A stretch of 64,000 nt of DNA from an uncultured virus (IMG/VR IMGVR_UViG_3300011223_000001) (taxonomy: Duplodnaviria > Heunggongvirae > Uroviricota > Caudoviricetes), in IMG/VR virus record IMGVR_UViG_3300011223_000001, positions 186,001 to 250,000 of that record; one strand, written 5' to 3'. Shown piece by piece: positions 50,690-59,601 of the stretch (position 1 is the first letter of the stretch; each line of letters starts with the position of its first letter). Under the pieces are notes generated by a model. That model had not been told where the DNA came from. It worked only from the letters and a program-made list of their open reading frames with translations, and ran no database searches. Both the position numbers and the translations under genes were made by a program.

Positions 50690-50932
50690 ATGAAATTCAT
50701 TCTTCTGGTTGCAACGATGATGCTCGATGGTGACGGCGGTCGTGCTGCATCAGAGGCAACTGCTGCATATGGCACTGAAACCGCCTGCACTAAGGCCGTT
50801 GAAATCCGCACTGGCCAGGGTATGCAAGCTACACGTGGTGGTTATCGCCTCATCGTCAACATTAACAACCACAGTGGTCAGCGAATTGGTCAGACCACGT
50901 ACGTGTGTAGTCCCTACGCGACCGATAACTAG
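50690..50932 (+). CDS. Small possibly exported protein
   Basis: AAGGA SD; hydrophobic N-terminus; two Cys. Confidence 0.55.
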   Translation: MKFILLVATMMLDGDGGRAASEATAAYGTETACTKAVEIRTGQGMQATRGGYRLIVNINNHSGQRIGQTTYVCSPYATDN

Positions 50933-50943
50933 GAGTCTTCATT

Positions 50944-51636
50944 GTGACGCCGCTGCTAAAACAACTGCAAGACGAGATCGTTGATTACCACCACGCTGAA
51001 TGTGTTAATACGCTGGCACCTTATCACAACCTTGCACACATGGTCTCCGTGTGGGAAATCGCACAGAGGTTGTGGGCGGCCGAGAAAGCGCTGCCGCATT
51101 TCGTGGCGTTCGAACCGGAAGAAGTGTCGTTGGCGAAACTGATGGTTGGCACGCTGTTCCACGACGTGCACCATAGTGGTGGGCGTATGGATGATCGTTC
51201 AAACATCCTTCAGGCGATCCGTGAGATCAAGCAGTTCGTGTTGATTAAGTCCAAGGTGCTCAACGATCTCTTCAGTCGTAAGTACCCATCGGAAATGGGC
51301 AGTATCCTTTATGGGTCGTTGGCCATCGTAGACTGCACTGAGTTCCCGTTTGTCAAAGAACCCAAGACAGCCCTCGAACGCATCATGCGTGATGCGGATA
51401 TCCTTTATGCCGCGAACTCCAAAGATCCAAAGGTGATCATGGAGTACCTGCGTACCGAGATCGAAACGGCACGTCAACACCAAGTCACCTACGAGGACAT
51501 GCTGCAAGGCCAGATGGCTTTCATGGCTGGTTGTAAGCTCTATACCGCAGCCGGTCAAGCGATGTGGGATAAGTTGGCTGAACCCTATTTGGCGCAGCTC
51601 AAAGCTTACGCACCGCGTCCTAATATCCCCGCCTAA
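50944..51636 (+). CDS. HD-domain phosphohydrolase (PDE-like YHN..H)
   Basis: PYHNLAH, LFHDVHHSG, T.FP, RDADI. Confidence 0.8.
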   Translation: MTPLLKQLQDEIVDYHHAECVNTLAPYHNLAHMVSVWEIAQRLWAAEKALPHFVAFEPEEVSLAKLMVGTLFHDVHHSGGRMDDRSNILQAIREIKQFVLIKSKVLNDLFSRKYPSEMGSILYGSLAIVDCTEFPFVKEPKTALERIMRDADILYAANSKDPKVIMEYLRTEIETARQHQVTYEDMLQGQMAFMAGCKLYTAAGQAMWDKLAEPYLAQLKAYAPRPNIPA

Positions 51637-51646
51637 CGGAGTTCCT

Positions 51647-52333
51647 ATGTCTAATGTATTTTCGTTTGATCAATTTCTCAAAGACCGCCAAGCGGGTACC
51701 AGTGCTGAGGTACGGGCTTACCTGAAAAACTTCGGGATTTCATTAGCCAAGTACGCCGTGCATGCCCCACAATGCAAAGTCAAAGACTCGCTGTGTGCGG
51801 TCGTGGCGGGGTGGGATCTGTTTATCGAACTCGATACCCTGACCGATTACTGGCTACCCTCGGCGTTGCCGGTATTTAAAGAAAACGGGGACACCATAGA
51901 ACTCCGTTTCCTCTCCGGTTTCGGTACGCCGATAGACGGTAACTACCCCTATGGGCTTGAAATTGACGTCGAACCCATCACTGGGGGTCGCGGCGACCTG
52001 AATGTGGATGTTGCCCGTACCTTCGAGAATGCCGTACGCGAACATAACCCCGGCGCGCTGGTAGTCTCGGTGTTGGCTATCGCGATCATCAAGTATGCCA
52101 CGCGCGACTCCCTACATGCTTACCGTATGCACACGGTCGACAACGACATGTTGACTATGGTCATTGAAAGCCCCGACGAGCGGATGACCATCCGCTTAGA
52201 CATCGACATTACCCGGAAAGCTTTAGCTAAGCTTAAGACTGACTGTGAGCGCGTTGATCGCCGAGACGGTAACGTACTAGACCCTAGTGTCTGGACCATC
52301 TTCGAAGACCAACGACTGCCAGACAAGGAATAA
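51647..52333 (+). CDS. Hypothetical protein
   Basis: GGAG SD; 228 aa. Confidence 0.7.
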   Translation: MSNVFSFDQFLKDRQAGTSAEVRAYLKNFGISLAKYAVHAPQCKVKDSLCAVVAGWDLFIELDTLTDYWLPSALPVFKENGDTIELRFLSGFGTPIDGNYPYGLEIDVEPITGGRGDLNVDVARTFENAVREHNPGALVVSVLAIAIIKYATRDSLHAYRMHTVDNDMLTMVIESPDERMTIRLDIDITRKALAKLKTDCERVDRRDGNVLDPSVWTIFEDQRLPDKE

Positions 52334-52337
52334 CACC

Positions 52338-53021
52338 ATGCCGCATCACATCGTCTATCGCCTGGCCTGCAACTGCCCACGCTACAACGAATCGATGATT
52401 CCGCAGACGATTCGTCAGCACCTCCATGACGAGTACCCGGAACATCGAGTCATCAGTGCACATTCGCTAGGTTTCTGGACATTGTCTCAAGACCCGAAAG
52501 ATGTCTTCGCTGAGGCAGTGCAGTACCTGTTGGCCAAACAACAGGAAGTTGCGCAGATCGATCGGGAAGAACGTGAGCACCTCTTCGGCCAATTCGCTAA
52601 CATCAAACAGTTGGGTTGGGACCCTGTTGAATTTGACCTAAAATTCGAAACCAAGGAGGACGAAGCCCAGTATCTGCGCTACTACGGCATCTACCTCAAC
52701 GATGCAGCGGCAAGCTACCGCAGTATGGTCGAGCACGTCGTCCTCGAACCGCACGAGGTGGTGCCTGAAGCTGAGAGCAACCTACTCGACCGGGCTGTTC
52801 GTTTCATTCGTAATCCCGAACACTACCGAGCTCAGATCACGGCTACCTACAACCCGAAAGTGGCGATGGATGTTCAGCGTGACTTGGCCACGGTTTTGGA
52901 ACTGGCCAAACAACGGCTGCAACCCAATGGCTATCGTGAAACGGATTATTTCGTCGACCGTATGGGTAAGGCACTGTTCGATCTGGAACATTACTTTCCC
53001 GTTGAATTCGACAACCTGTAA
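52338..53021 (+). CDS. Hypothetical protein
   Basis: AAGGA SD; 227 aa. Confidence 0.7.
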   Translation: MPHHIVYRLACNCPRYNESMIPQTIRQHLHDEYPEHRVISAHSLGFWTLSQDPKDVFAEAVQYLLAKQQEVAQIDREEREHLFGQFANIKQLGWDPVEFDLKFETKEDEAQYLRYYGIYLNDAAASYRSMVEHVVLEPHEVVPEAESNLLDRAVRFIRNPEHYRAQITATYNPKVAMDVQRDLATVLELAKQRLQPNGYRETDYFVDRMGKALFDLEHYFPVEFDNL

Positions 53022-53023
53022 CG

Positions 53024-53060
53024 ACATAAGGTCCACGGGAATTCCCGTGGACCTTTCTAT
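53024..53060 (+). terminator. Terminator-like perfect 28-bp palindrome
   Basis: AAGGTCCACGGGAATTCCCGTGGACCTT (53028-53055) with CATA/TATG flanks. Confidence 0.6.
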
Positions 53061-53077
53061 GACCATTAGGAGGCAAT

Positions 53078-53593
53078 ATGAGCAAGCTTAACGCTGATGA
53101 GTTCATTTACCAACTGTCTGTTTGGGAACGGCTGCTTAAACAGCTTGTCGAGTATCCCGCGTACAATGCTGAAGAGGTCGGTCGTGCGCTGGCCATGTGG
53201 GCTTACTTCTACTGTCATGACAAGCCGCATTGGAGCATGGAGCACGTACGCTACACCACCGCGCTCGACGATCTGTTCCCGGGTGCGGGGCAGTACTTCA
53301 CCGAGTATGTCCGTATGGACGATTGGGGACGCTGGGACGCTTCGTGGTGTGGTATGCACGTCGAACACCAACTCAGGCATCTGCGGACCATTAACCGCCT
53401 AATGGACCTCATTGAGAAGACCCACCGGCCGAAAGCCACACCGCGCGACCTCATGCAGTTGTTCACGGGGGTGAATCGTCTGTTTGTCGAACTCAGAGAC
53501 GTCGACGTTGAACAGTTCGATACCTTCTCCAAAGAACTCATGAAACGTGACCACGTAACCCACCCTGACGCCGACTGGATGTGGGCGCAATAA
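53078..53593 (+). CDS. Hypothetical protein
   Basis: AGGAGG SD; 171 aa. Confidence 0.7.
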   Translation: MSKLNADEFIYQLSVWERLLKQLVEYPAYNAEEVGRALAMWAYFYCHDKPHWSMEHVRYTTALDDLFPGAGQYFTEYVRMDDWGRWDASWCGMHVEHQLRHLRTINRLMDLIEKTHRPKATPRDLMQLFTGVNRLFVELRDVDVEQFDTFSKELMKRDHVTHPDADWMWAQ

Positions 53594-53601
53594 GGATAAC
53601 T

Positions 53602-54156
53602 ATGAAAAGCATACTTCGGTTCCTGCCGACCAATCCCGGTGAGTGGCTTTACTGGCTGTTCCGTCGTCATTACACGCTACAGCTACTGGACAACCTTCTG
53701 GATGCGCAATTCCCCCGTATCCAGATGATGTTCAAAGGTGGCGTGTGTTTACAGCACGTGGTGGGCTATAGTCCGGTAAACATCTTCTACCTCATGAACG
53801 GTAACCTACTGACATTCGTCAACCGTAAGCTATTGAAGCCGTTCACATTCCTTGAGTATTACAAACATAAGGACGGCTTGCATGAGTGGATTCACAGTGA
53901 CGATGGCCAAAAGATCATGCGGGGTATCGTTCAACTGTGTACCGCTAATCCACAAGATAGCTATTACGTCAAATTACACGGTCGTGATCCGGTTGAACTC
54001 AAAGGACGGAGTATGAATGACTTCACTACTTTCAAGGTCCTCTGGGGTGCACAGAAACACCTGTACATGTTGTTGTTCTGGGACCTCAACCGTTGTCATG
54101 CGTTTTTGCCTCACCAAATGGTGGTTAAACCCCTGCGTTTGACTAAATCAAACTAG
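53602..54156 (+). CDS. Hypothetical protein
   Basis: TAAGGA SD. Confidence 0.7.
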   Translation: MKSILRFLPTNPGEWLYWLFRRHYTLQLLDNLLDAQFPRIQMMFKGGVCLQHVVGYSPVNIFYLMNGNLLTFVNRKLLKPFTFLEYYKHKDGLHEWIHSDDGQKIMRGIVQLCTANPQDSYYVKLHGRDPVELKGRSMNDFTTFKVLWGAQKHLYMLLFWDLNRCHAFLPHQMVVKPLRLTKSN

Positions 54157-54163
54157 GTAGACA

Positions 54164-54180
54164 CCTATATCACACACGTG
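54164..54180 (+). promoter_or_regulatory. Early-type promoter
   Basis: CCTATATCACacacgTG. Confidence 0.75.
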
Positions 54181-54210
54181 AATTAACCTCTAATTTACAA
54201 GGAGTTAGCC

Positions 54211-54885
54211 ATGAATTGCCTACGTCTTGCAGTGCTGGTGGTAATGTCGCTGGTTGCAGCATCGGCCAATGCCGCCCTCACGTTTTATGACCGTCCGGCG
54301 TTCATGGCCGACACTATGCCGCGTGTGATCAAATGCAAACGCCTCTCTACCCACTATGGCAACTGTTTGGGTGGTTACAACGCACCCGCCAAAATGGTAG
54401 TCAACGTCAGTCGCCCCGATGGGACAGACCGTCATCAACGCACCATCAACCCACTGGTCACTGTTTACTGTGACGATGGGGTCTGCAAAGAATCGGTCAC
54501 AGGCACCGAGGTCGGTCGCTTCCCAACACGTAACCGCGTGCACTGGACCATGATCGAGGGTTACTACCTGTACCGTGATGCAGTTGAAGGCGATCTTGCC
54601 TACAAGCGCGGGTGGGGTCCGATGGCCGATCACTACCCACCTTATGTGATCGTTACCGAACCCGTGCAACCGATGTCTACCTTGGTTGACTATTCGGGGA
54701 CCTATGATGTGTTCTGTCCGGTTGATTCGGACCAGTGTACTTTAGGGGGTCGCTCGGTAGAACGTACTGAGCTACCTAAGTTATTGCCTAAGAAGAGCAC
54801 TGCATGGTGTGATCAATTCTTCTGCTACAAGAACGAGTACGGTGAAGGGGTTGTTGGTTTAAACCCCACCGGCCTTTGGAACTAA
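54211..54885 (+). CDS. Exported Cys-rich protein
   Basis: Signal peptide ending ASANA; several Cys pairs. Confidence 0.7.
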   Translation: MNCLRLAVLVVMSLVAASANAALTFYDRPAFMADTMPRVIKCKRLSTHYGNCLGGYNAPAKMVVNVSRPDGTDRHQRTINPLVTVYCDDGVCKESVTGTEVGRFPTRNRVHWTMIEGYYLYRDAVEGDLAYKRGWGPMADHYPPYVIVTEPVQPMSTLVDYSGTYDVFCPVDSDQCTLGGRSVERTELPKLLPKKSTAWCDQFFCYKNEYGEGVVGLNPTGLWN

Positions 54886-54904
54886 CACATCTACCGAGGT
54901 ATAC

Positions 54905-55201
54905 ATGGTAGACATTCTGATTGCGCTTTACACGCTGTATATGTTCTACCGCTGTATCCGCGTTATCCAAAACCTAACTGGTTCGTTCGCGGATCTTAAC
55001 ATCGCCATACTCACCGAGCGCTTCATCACTGGTCGTAATGCCGGTGTGGTGACGTTAGTCGACGCTCTGATCCGCGGGACAGCCATTACAATCACCACCG
55101 TGATTGACGCCCCCTTCCTAACTGCGGCCTTTATCATCCACACGTGCATCGTTGGTGCAGGCATCACTACGGCCTGTCAACGGCACTACGCGCGTTCGTA
55201 A
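54905..55201 (+). CDS. Small membrane protein
   Basis: GAGGT SD; hydrophobic segments. Confidence 0.55.
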   Translation: MVDILIALYTLYMFYRCIRVIQNLTGSFADLNIAILTERFITGRNAGVVTLVDALIRGTAITITTVIDAPFLTAAFIIHTCIVGAGITTACQRHYARS

Positions 55202-55272
55202 AGAACTACGTCCGTCGTTGATGGTTTGCGGTAGAAGCACCACGCTTTTATTGTCGACAAGGATGCCACACG

Positions 55273-55611
55273 ATGCTCAGTCTGTTACTCCTAAGCCTGT
55301 CAGTGTCGGTGTCGCAACAGTACGTTAATCCATCAGGTCACGTTAAAGCACAAGAGCATGTAGTAGCAGGTAAACACTGGGCAATAGTCCAGAGGTTGCC
55401 TGAATCACAAAGTCGTCCCTATTGCCCGGTTGTACGGGACCAGACGACTGGGTGGTTAGCTACCTGTCTTGGGCCAGTGCCTGACACACCTCGCGCGGTC
55501 AGCGCTGTTGCTCACGGCAAAGGGCCGTGCAAGCACACAGTCCACTGGTCGGCATTTAGAGGAGTGCGGTATGTTCTCCGTCGGGATTCTGATGTGCTGG
55601 TTGCTACCTGA
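55273..55611 (+). CDS. Possibly exported hypothetical protein
   Basis: AAGGA SD; hydrophobic N-terminus. Confidence 0.5.
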   Translation: MLSLLLLSLSVSVSQQYVNPSGHVKAQEHVVAGKHWAIVQRLPESQSRPYCPVVRDQTTGWLATCLGPVPDTPRAVSAVAHGKGPCKHTVHWSAFRGVRYVLRRDSDVLVAT

Positions 55612-55901
55612 TACGTACCGGAAGTTCATCTGGCTATTAATGCAGATGTGCCGCCACTACAAAACAAGGTCGCCTTACCAACACGCTGCAAACCTGGTCG
55701 CAGTGGGTAACTTTGCTGATGACTTCAGACCACTACCTGCTATCGGACACCTGGATAAGGGCCAGGTCAGTCTAATAGAGCGGTGGTTAGTAAAGCTACT
55801 CGCGCCTGTGGCGTCGCTACATGGTGTCGCCACTGTAAGGGAGCCCTAGGGGTTCCCTTATGCCCCCTTTATGCCGTCTCGCTTATCAGGAGTGAGTTTG
55901 A

Positions 55902-56753
55902 ATGCCCCCGTCTCTCAAGAGTTTGTTCACAGGTATCACCAGTTACGTACAGAAGGATTTGTTGTCTCTGTTACGCACCCAAGACACCCAACCGGCAACG
56001 CCTGTCGTCACTACCTCAGAAATACTGAGCCACACCCAATCGTTCTTTGCGCCCTACACCCCTACGGCGGAAGACGAGTTGATCCTGGCTAACTGGCAGG
56101 ACAACCAATCGACCGAACCTCTGCACCGACTGGTCATGCAGATCTACGGGTTTGATAAAAATTGCATTTACCTGGAGCTACCCTGTGGTACGCAATCAGG
56201 CGGTGACCTAGCCAAACACCTGCATGCCCGTATCGCCGCCGTCAGCGACCCTGAACTGCGGCTGGTGCTCTCACGCGCCCTGTGGGGTGATGACCGCACC
56301 GAGTTGGTCGACCACTTCCCGTGGCTTGCAACCAGCCACGTGGCTACTCCCTACACACGCCTGGTTACTTCAGGTGAAGCGCCTGAGAACGCTAAAGTCT
56401 GGTTGGGTACGATCAATGGCTTGCGGTCCTTGATGGCCCGCATTTATGTCGCCTCCAACGGCATTGGCGAGCTGATGGTGTGGGCTAACGATTACGACCG
56501 TGCCAAGTACTACGCGCGTTTTCGTAAGGATGCCGTGTTCCATGGCGTTGCATTACCTGCCGAACTTTACGCCGAGGTGGATCAGCTTGCCGACTACGTT
56601 GATAGCCGCGGGTTCAAAAAAGCATTGGTGATGGGTAAGTCGGGTTATTCAGTGGTGCGCCGTGAGCTAGAACAAGGCGACTGTGTGTACACCATCCACC
56701 ATCACCAAACCCCAATGATCAGTTTCTTCTTCGCGGCGAAGGCCCATGAGTAA
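55902..56753 (+). CDS. Hypothetical protein
   Basis: AGGAG SD; 283 aa. Confidence 0.7.
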   Translation: MPPSLKSLFTGITSYVQKDLLSLLRTQDTQPATPVVTTSEILSHTQSFFAPYTPTAEDELILANWQDNQSTEPLHRLVMQIYGFDKNCIYLELPCGTQSGGDLAKHLHARIAAVSDPELRLVLSRALWGDDRTELVDHFPWLATSHVATPYTRLVTSGEAPENAKVWLGTINGLRSLMARIYVASNGIGELMVWANDYDRAKYYARFRKDAVFHGVALPAELYAEVDQLADYVDSRGFKKALVMGKSGYSVVRRELEQGDCVYTIHHHQTPMISFFFAAKAHE

Positions 56754-56952
56754 AGTAGTACCGCATATCCCGCACTACAAACGCGAACCCGGCAACCGCG
56801 ACTTCACGTATATCGAAGTCGCGGACGTCGACCGCGCAGGTAATTATTACACCCTGCGTAAGGTTCTCTACACCAACAAGAAAGGCCAGGACTGCTCTGA
56901 GATCATCCAGGTCATTCATCACGGTAAAACCCCAACTACTACCCAGGAGTAA
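56746..56952 (+). CDS. Hypothetical protein
   Basis: 68 aa, overlapping start. Confidence 0.5.
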   Translation: MSKVVPHIPHYKREPGNRDFTYIEVADVDRAGNYYTLRKVLYTNKKGQDCSEIIQVIHHGKTPTTTQE

Positions 56953-56956
56953 CACC

Positions 56957-57484
56957 ATGACTCAACTGCCTAATGCTTTCGGTAACACCCCGGGCTTCGA
57001 GGGTGCACAAACCGCAGCTCCATCGCTCCTCACCGGGAAACCTGTTCGTCTGGCGGACATCATCGCCGGTCAGTTCGCTGACAAGCGCCGCATGGGTACC
57101 CATCCTGAGCGTATAGTCGCTGCACTGAAGGCGGAATATCCGGATCTGGCAGCGGCGATTCAGGAAACCGGCGAATACGTCGTTGTACTCTGCGCTGTAA
57201 ACATCGAGCAAGCCAAGGCCAACGAAAGCCAGTACATGGGCCAGCGTTTGAACGGCAGTACGTATCAGCCAGGTTACATGAATCACGGCGGTATGATGGG
57301 CCTTGGCTTCAGCATTGCCGTGTTTGCAGGTTCGGCCGGTACGGGGGTGCAATTTAACCTCCGCCCAAACTTCGACCACGGTATCAGCCAACTGGGTGAA
57401 GCCGGTATCCTGAACCTCGTGCTGGATCTGCTGACCAAAGGCACCATCAACAAGAACGTCGGCTTCAGTCAGGCGATCGAATGA
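56957..57484 (+). CDS. Hypothetical protein
   Basis: AGGAG SD; UUCG terminator 57490-57520 follows. Confidence 0.7.
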   Translation: MTQLPNAFGNTPGFEGAQTAAPSLLTGKPVRLADIIAGQFADKRRMGTHPERIVAALKAEYPDLAAAIQETGEYVVVLCAVNIEQAKANESQYMGQRLNGSTYQPGYMNHGGMMGLGFSIAVFAGSAGTGVQFNLRPNFDHGISQLGEAGILNLVLDLLTKGTINKNVGFSQAIE

Positions 57485-57567
57485 ACGTGGGGGCCTTCGG
57501 CCCCTGCTTCTTTTTTCTTTTTATGCTGTCTGCAAGATAATACCGGCATTGCCATTATACAGAACTC

Positions 57568-57627
57568 TTGCAGCATAAGCAACATAGTTGACTGTCTTTA
57601 GGCAGTGCTATGTCGCTTATGCTGTAA
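57568..57627 (+). promoter_or_regulatory. Long (~26 bp) imperfect leader hairpin
   Basis: 57568-80/57615-27, 57582-88/57607-13 and 57591-96/57601-06, downstream of TAC-N12-TATAC (57541-57560). Confidence 0.65.
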
Positions 57628-57654
57628 CTTGCTGTGCAAACCAAAGGAGGCTAC

Positions 57655-57954
57655 ATGGAAACGAAGAAAGCCCAAACCTCGATCGAAGAGTTGCATGAGG
57701 TCATGGAGATGGTTAATGACACGTTCTATGGCGTGTTGTCGTTTAACCGGAACGGTGCTGTAGCCAACACCGTGGAAGAGGGGATGTCACCAGAACAACA
57801 GGCATTGGTGGTCAATGCTGTTAATGCTGGGGTGCGTGCTACCTTAAGCTCCATCGAAGAACTGGATGGAGAAATACGGTTCCACAGCAATGGCTGCACC
57901 GCTGTCTTGGGGGGTGATCTTTGTCGGGGTATGTTTGGTGAAATCAATTCGTAA
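57655..57954 (+). CDS. IN[NST]-tag family protein
   Basis: AAGGAGG SD; AVNAGVRATLSSIE...LGGDLCRGMFGEINS. Confidence 0.72.
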   Translation: METKKAQTSIEELHEVMEMVNDTFYGVLSFNRNGAVANTVEEGMSPEQQALVVNAVNAGVRATLSSIEELDGEIRFHSNGCTAVLGGDLCRGMFGEINS

Positions 57955-58033
57955 GAAATAAATTACATTTTGATTCAATAGAGAGGGGGAACCTAGCCGT
58001 AAGGCGACGGAGGGGGAGAGTTATGACGTGTGA

Positions 58034-58256
58034 GGGATTTTAAGAAAATCCCGAATATGCCTTGCTCTTTGCTCTAATGGAGGTGGGGTTGGGGACCCAC
58101 CTCCATGCATTATCCGGCGACCTAGAAAAGTCAAAGCGAAGTCTTGACTTTTTGTTATAAAAGGGAGTGGGTAGGGCACCCACTCCCATCCTTTGCTTTT
58201 AAATAGCGATAGCCAAATCACCCTGACGGAATAAGAGAGACCCTCAAAGGTCTCTC
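58034..58256. repeat. Array of five perfect inverted repeats in a non-coding gap
   Basis: 58034-41/58045-52, 58077-87/58096-106, 58126-34/58144-52, 58163-72/58178-87, 58235-42/58249-56. Confidence 0.8.
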
Positions 58257-58297
58257 CGTATATGCCGTCTTTTTAATGATTCGAGCAAATTACAAAA

Positions 58298-58313
58298 CTA
58301 CATCATACCGGTG
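58298..58313 (+). promoter_or_regulatory. Early-type promoter (variant)
   Basis: CTACATCATaccggTG. Confidence 0.55.
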
Positions 58314-58343
58314 AACCTAACCTCCCTGTAAGGAAGATCTGCA

Positions 58344-58604
58344 ATGACGCTTACGATTTACAAACTCACCAATACCCGCGTTACCACAGGTTCGGTGGGT
58401 GAGGTTACCAACGTGGTAGTGGTCGCTGAATCGCAAGGCGATGCTATCATGATGGCAGAGGATGCCTGCTCTGACAAAGACATCCCTTTCGATGACTCGC
58501 GTTACTTTGCGGTCACCGTGCTGGGTACGGCAGGGCCCGATGCAGAAGAAGGCGTACACAGCGCCGACTACTGCTGGGAACTGATGTCGTTCGAATTCGT
58601 TTAA
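58344..58604 (+). CDS. Small phage protein (VVxAESxxxA type; paralogue of 61336-61608)
   Basis: VVVVAESQGDA...LGT.....GV. Confidence 0.65.
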   Translation: MTLTIYKLTNTRVTTGSVGEVTNVVVVAESQGDAIMMAEDACSDKDIPFDDSRYFAVTVLGTAGPDAEEGVHSADYCWELMSFEFV

Positions 58605-58635
58605 GACTACCCTCGACTAACGCCAAGGAATTACC

Positions 58636-59571
58636 ATGCAAACTAACCTCTTTACCACCCATGACCTGCAATGGGCTCAGCACCAAAGCCATACCCCTGA
58701 AGCGGTTTTCCAGCAATACATGTTGGCAGGGATGATGTCGGTACAACTGCGCACCACACCCATGACCATGCTGGGGCGTGAGCACGGTGTTAAGTGCGAG
58801 TACCCGATCGTTGCGTTTGAGGTCTTGGCTGACGTGCGTAAAGAAGGCCACCGTCGTGACGAGTACACCCACCACATGGTTGTGCCAGTCATCGATCAGC
58901 CTCAGCTCAAGCAATCAAAGATCGCAACCCACCAACACGCAGCCAACGTCTTCACTGTGGTGTTAAACCGTGGTTACGTCGAGCCGTCGGTAGAAGAAAG
59001 CACTGACGGCGCTGAGCAGGCTGAGGGTAAAGAAGTCATCCTTTGGCGTATGGAAAATATGGGTGGTGGTCGTCCACATGTTGAGATGGAATGGTCGCCT
59101 CAAGCATGGCAGGAAATGGTTTACCATCAGGTCACATTACTGCGTCTGTGGTCGGAAGCATTCACCGGCATCACCCATACCTTCAAGCGGTTCGGTGAAG
59201 GCGAGGTTGTAGTGTGGCGCCACGAAATGCAACCCGAGCGTTGGCCGCAAGTACCGATGTTCCGCGTCGTGACCCAAGTCGAACCGTTTATGAATAGCGG
59301 TTATGACCGTAACCACTATGGTTCGGTGGGGTTGGTCGACACCATCTTGATGCCGGCCACCTTTAACCAAGGTATGGGCTCCAGCCCGTTCTATGCCCGC
59401 AGTGAAGACATCTACACGCTGGCGCAATACGAAAATCAACTGCTCAAACAGCAGCAACACCCCGGCGATGGGAGAACACACGGTAAGGGCCAGGAATTCG
59501 AACCATCACCATTCATGATCGAGGAAGTCTTGAACAAGATCCCCGATAGCATTCGCAATGGTCGCGGCTAG
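58636..59571 (+). CDS. Paralogous triplet, member 1
   Basis: FRVVTQ...VDTIL...SPFMIEEVLNKIP. Confidence 0.75.
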   Translation: MQTNLFTTHDLQWAQHQSHTPEAVFQQYMLAGMMSVQLRTTPMTMLGREHGVKCEYPIVAFEVLADVRKEGHRRDEYTHHMVVPVIDQPQLKQSKIATHQHAANVFTVVLNRGYVEPSVEESTDGAEQAEGKEVILWRMENMGGGRPHVEMEWSPQAWQEMVYHQVTLLRLWSEAFTGITHTFKRFGEGEVVVWRHEMQPERWPQVPMFRVVTQVEPFMNSGYDRNHYGSVGLVDTILMPATFNQGMGSSPFYARSEDIYTLAQYENQLLKQQQHPGDGRTHGKGQEFEPSPFMIEEVLNKIPDSIRNGRG

Positions 59572-59601
59572 TTCACCTAACTTAGCAATTAAGGATTTAA
59601 A

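Noticed and set aside
53028..53055. Perfect 28-bp palindrome as protelomerase/operator site
   Set aside because: Sits right after a stop codon with the CATA/TATG flanks of the terminator family; no cognate enzyme in the window.
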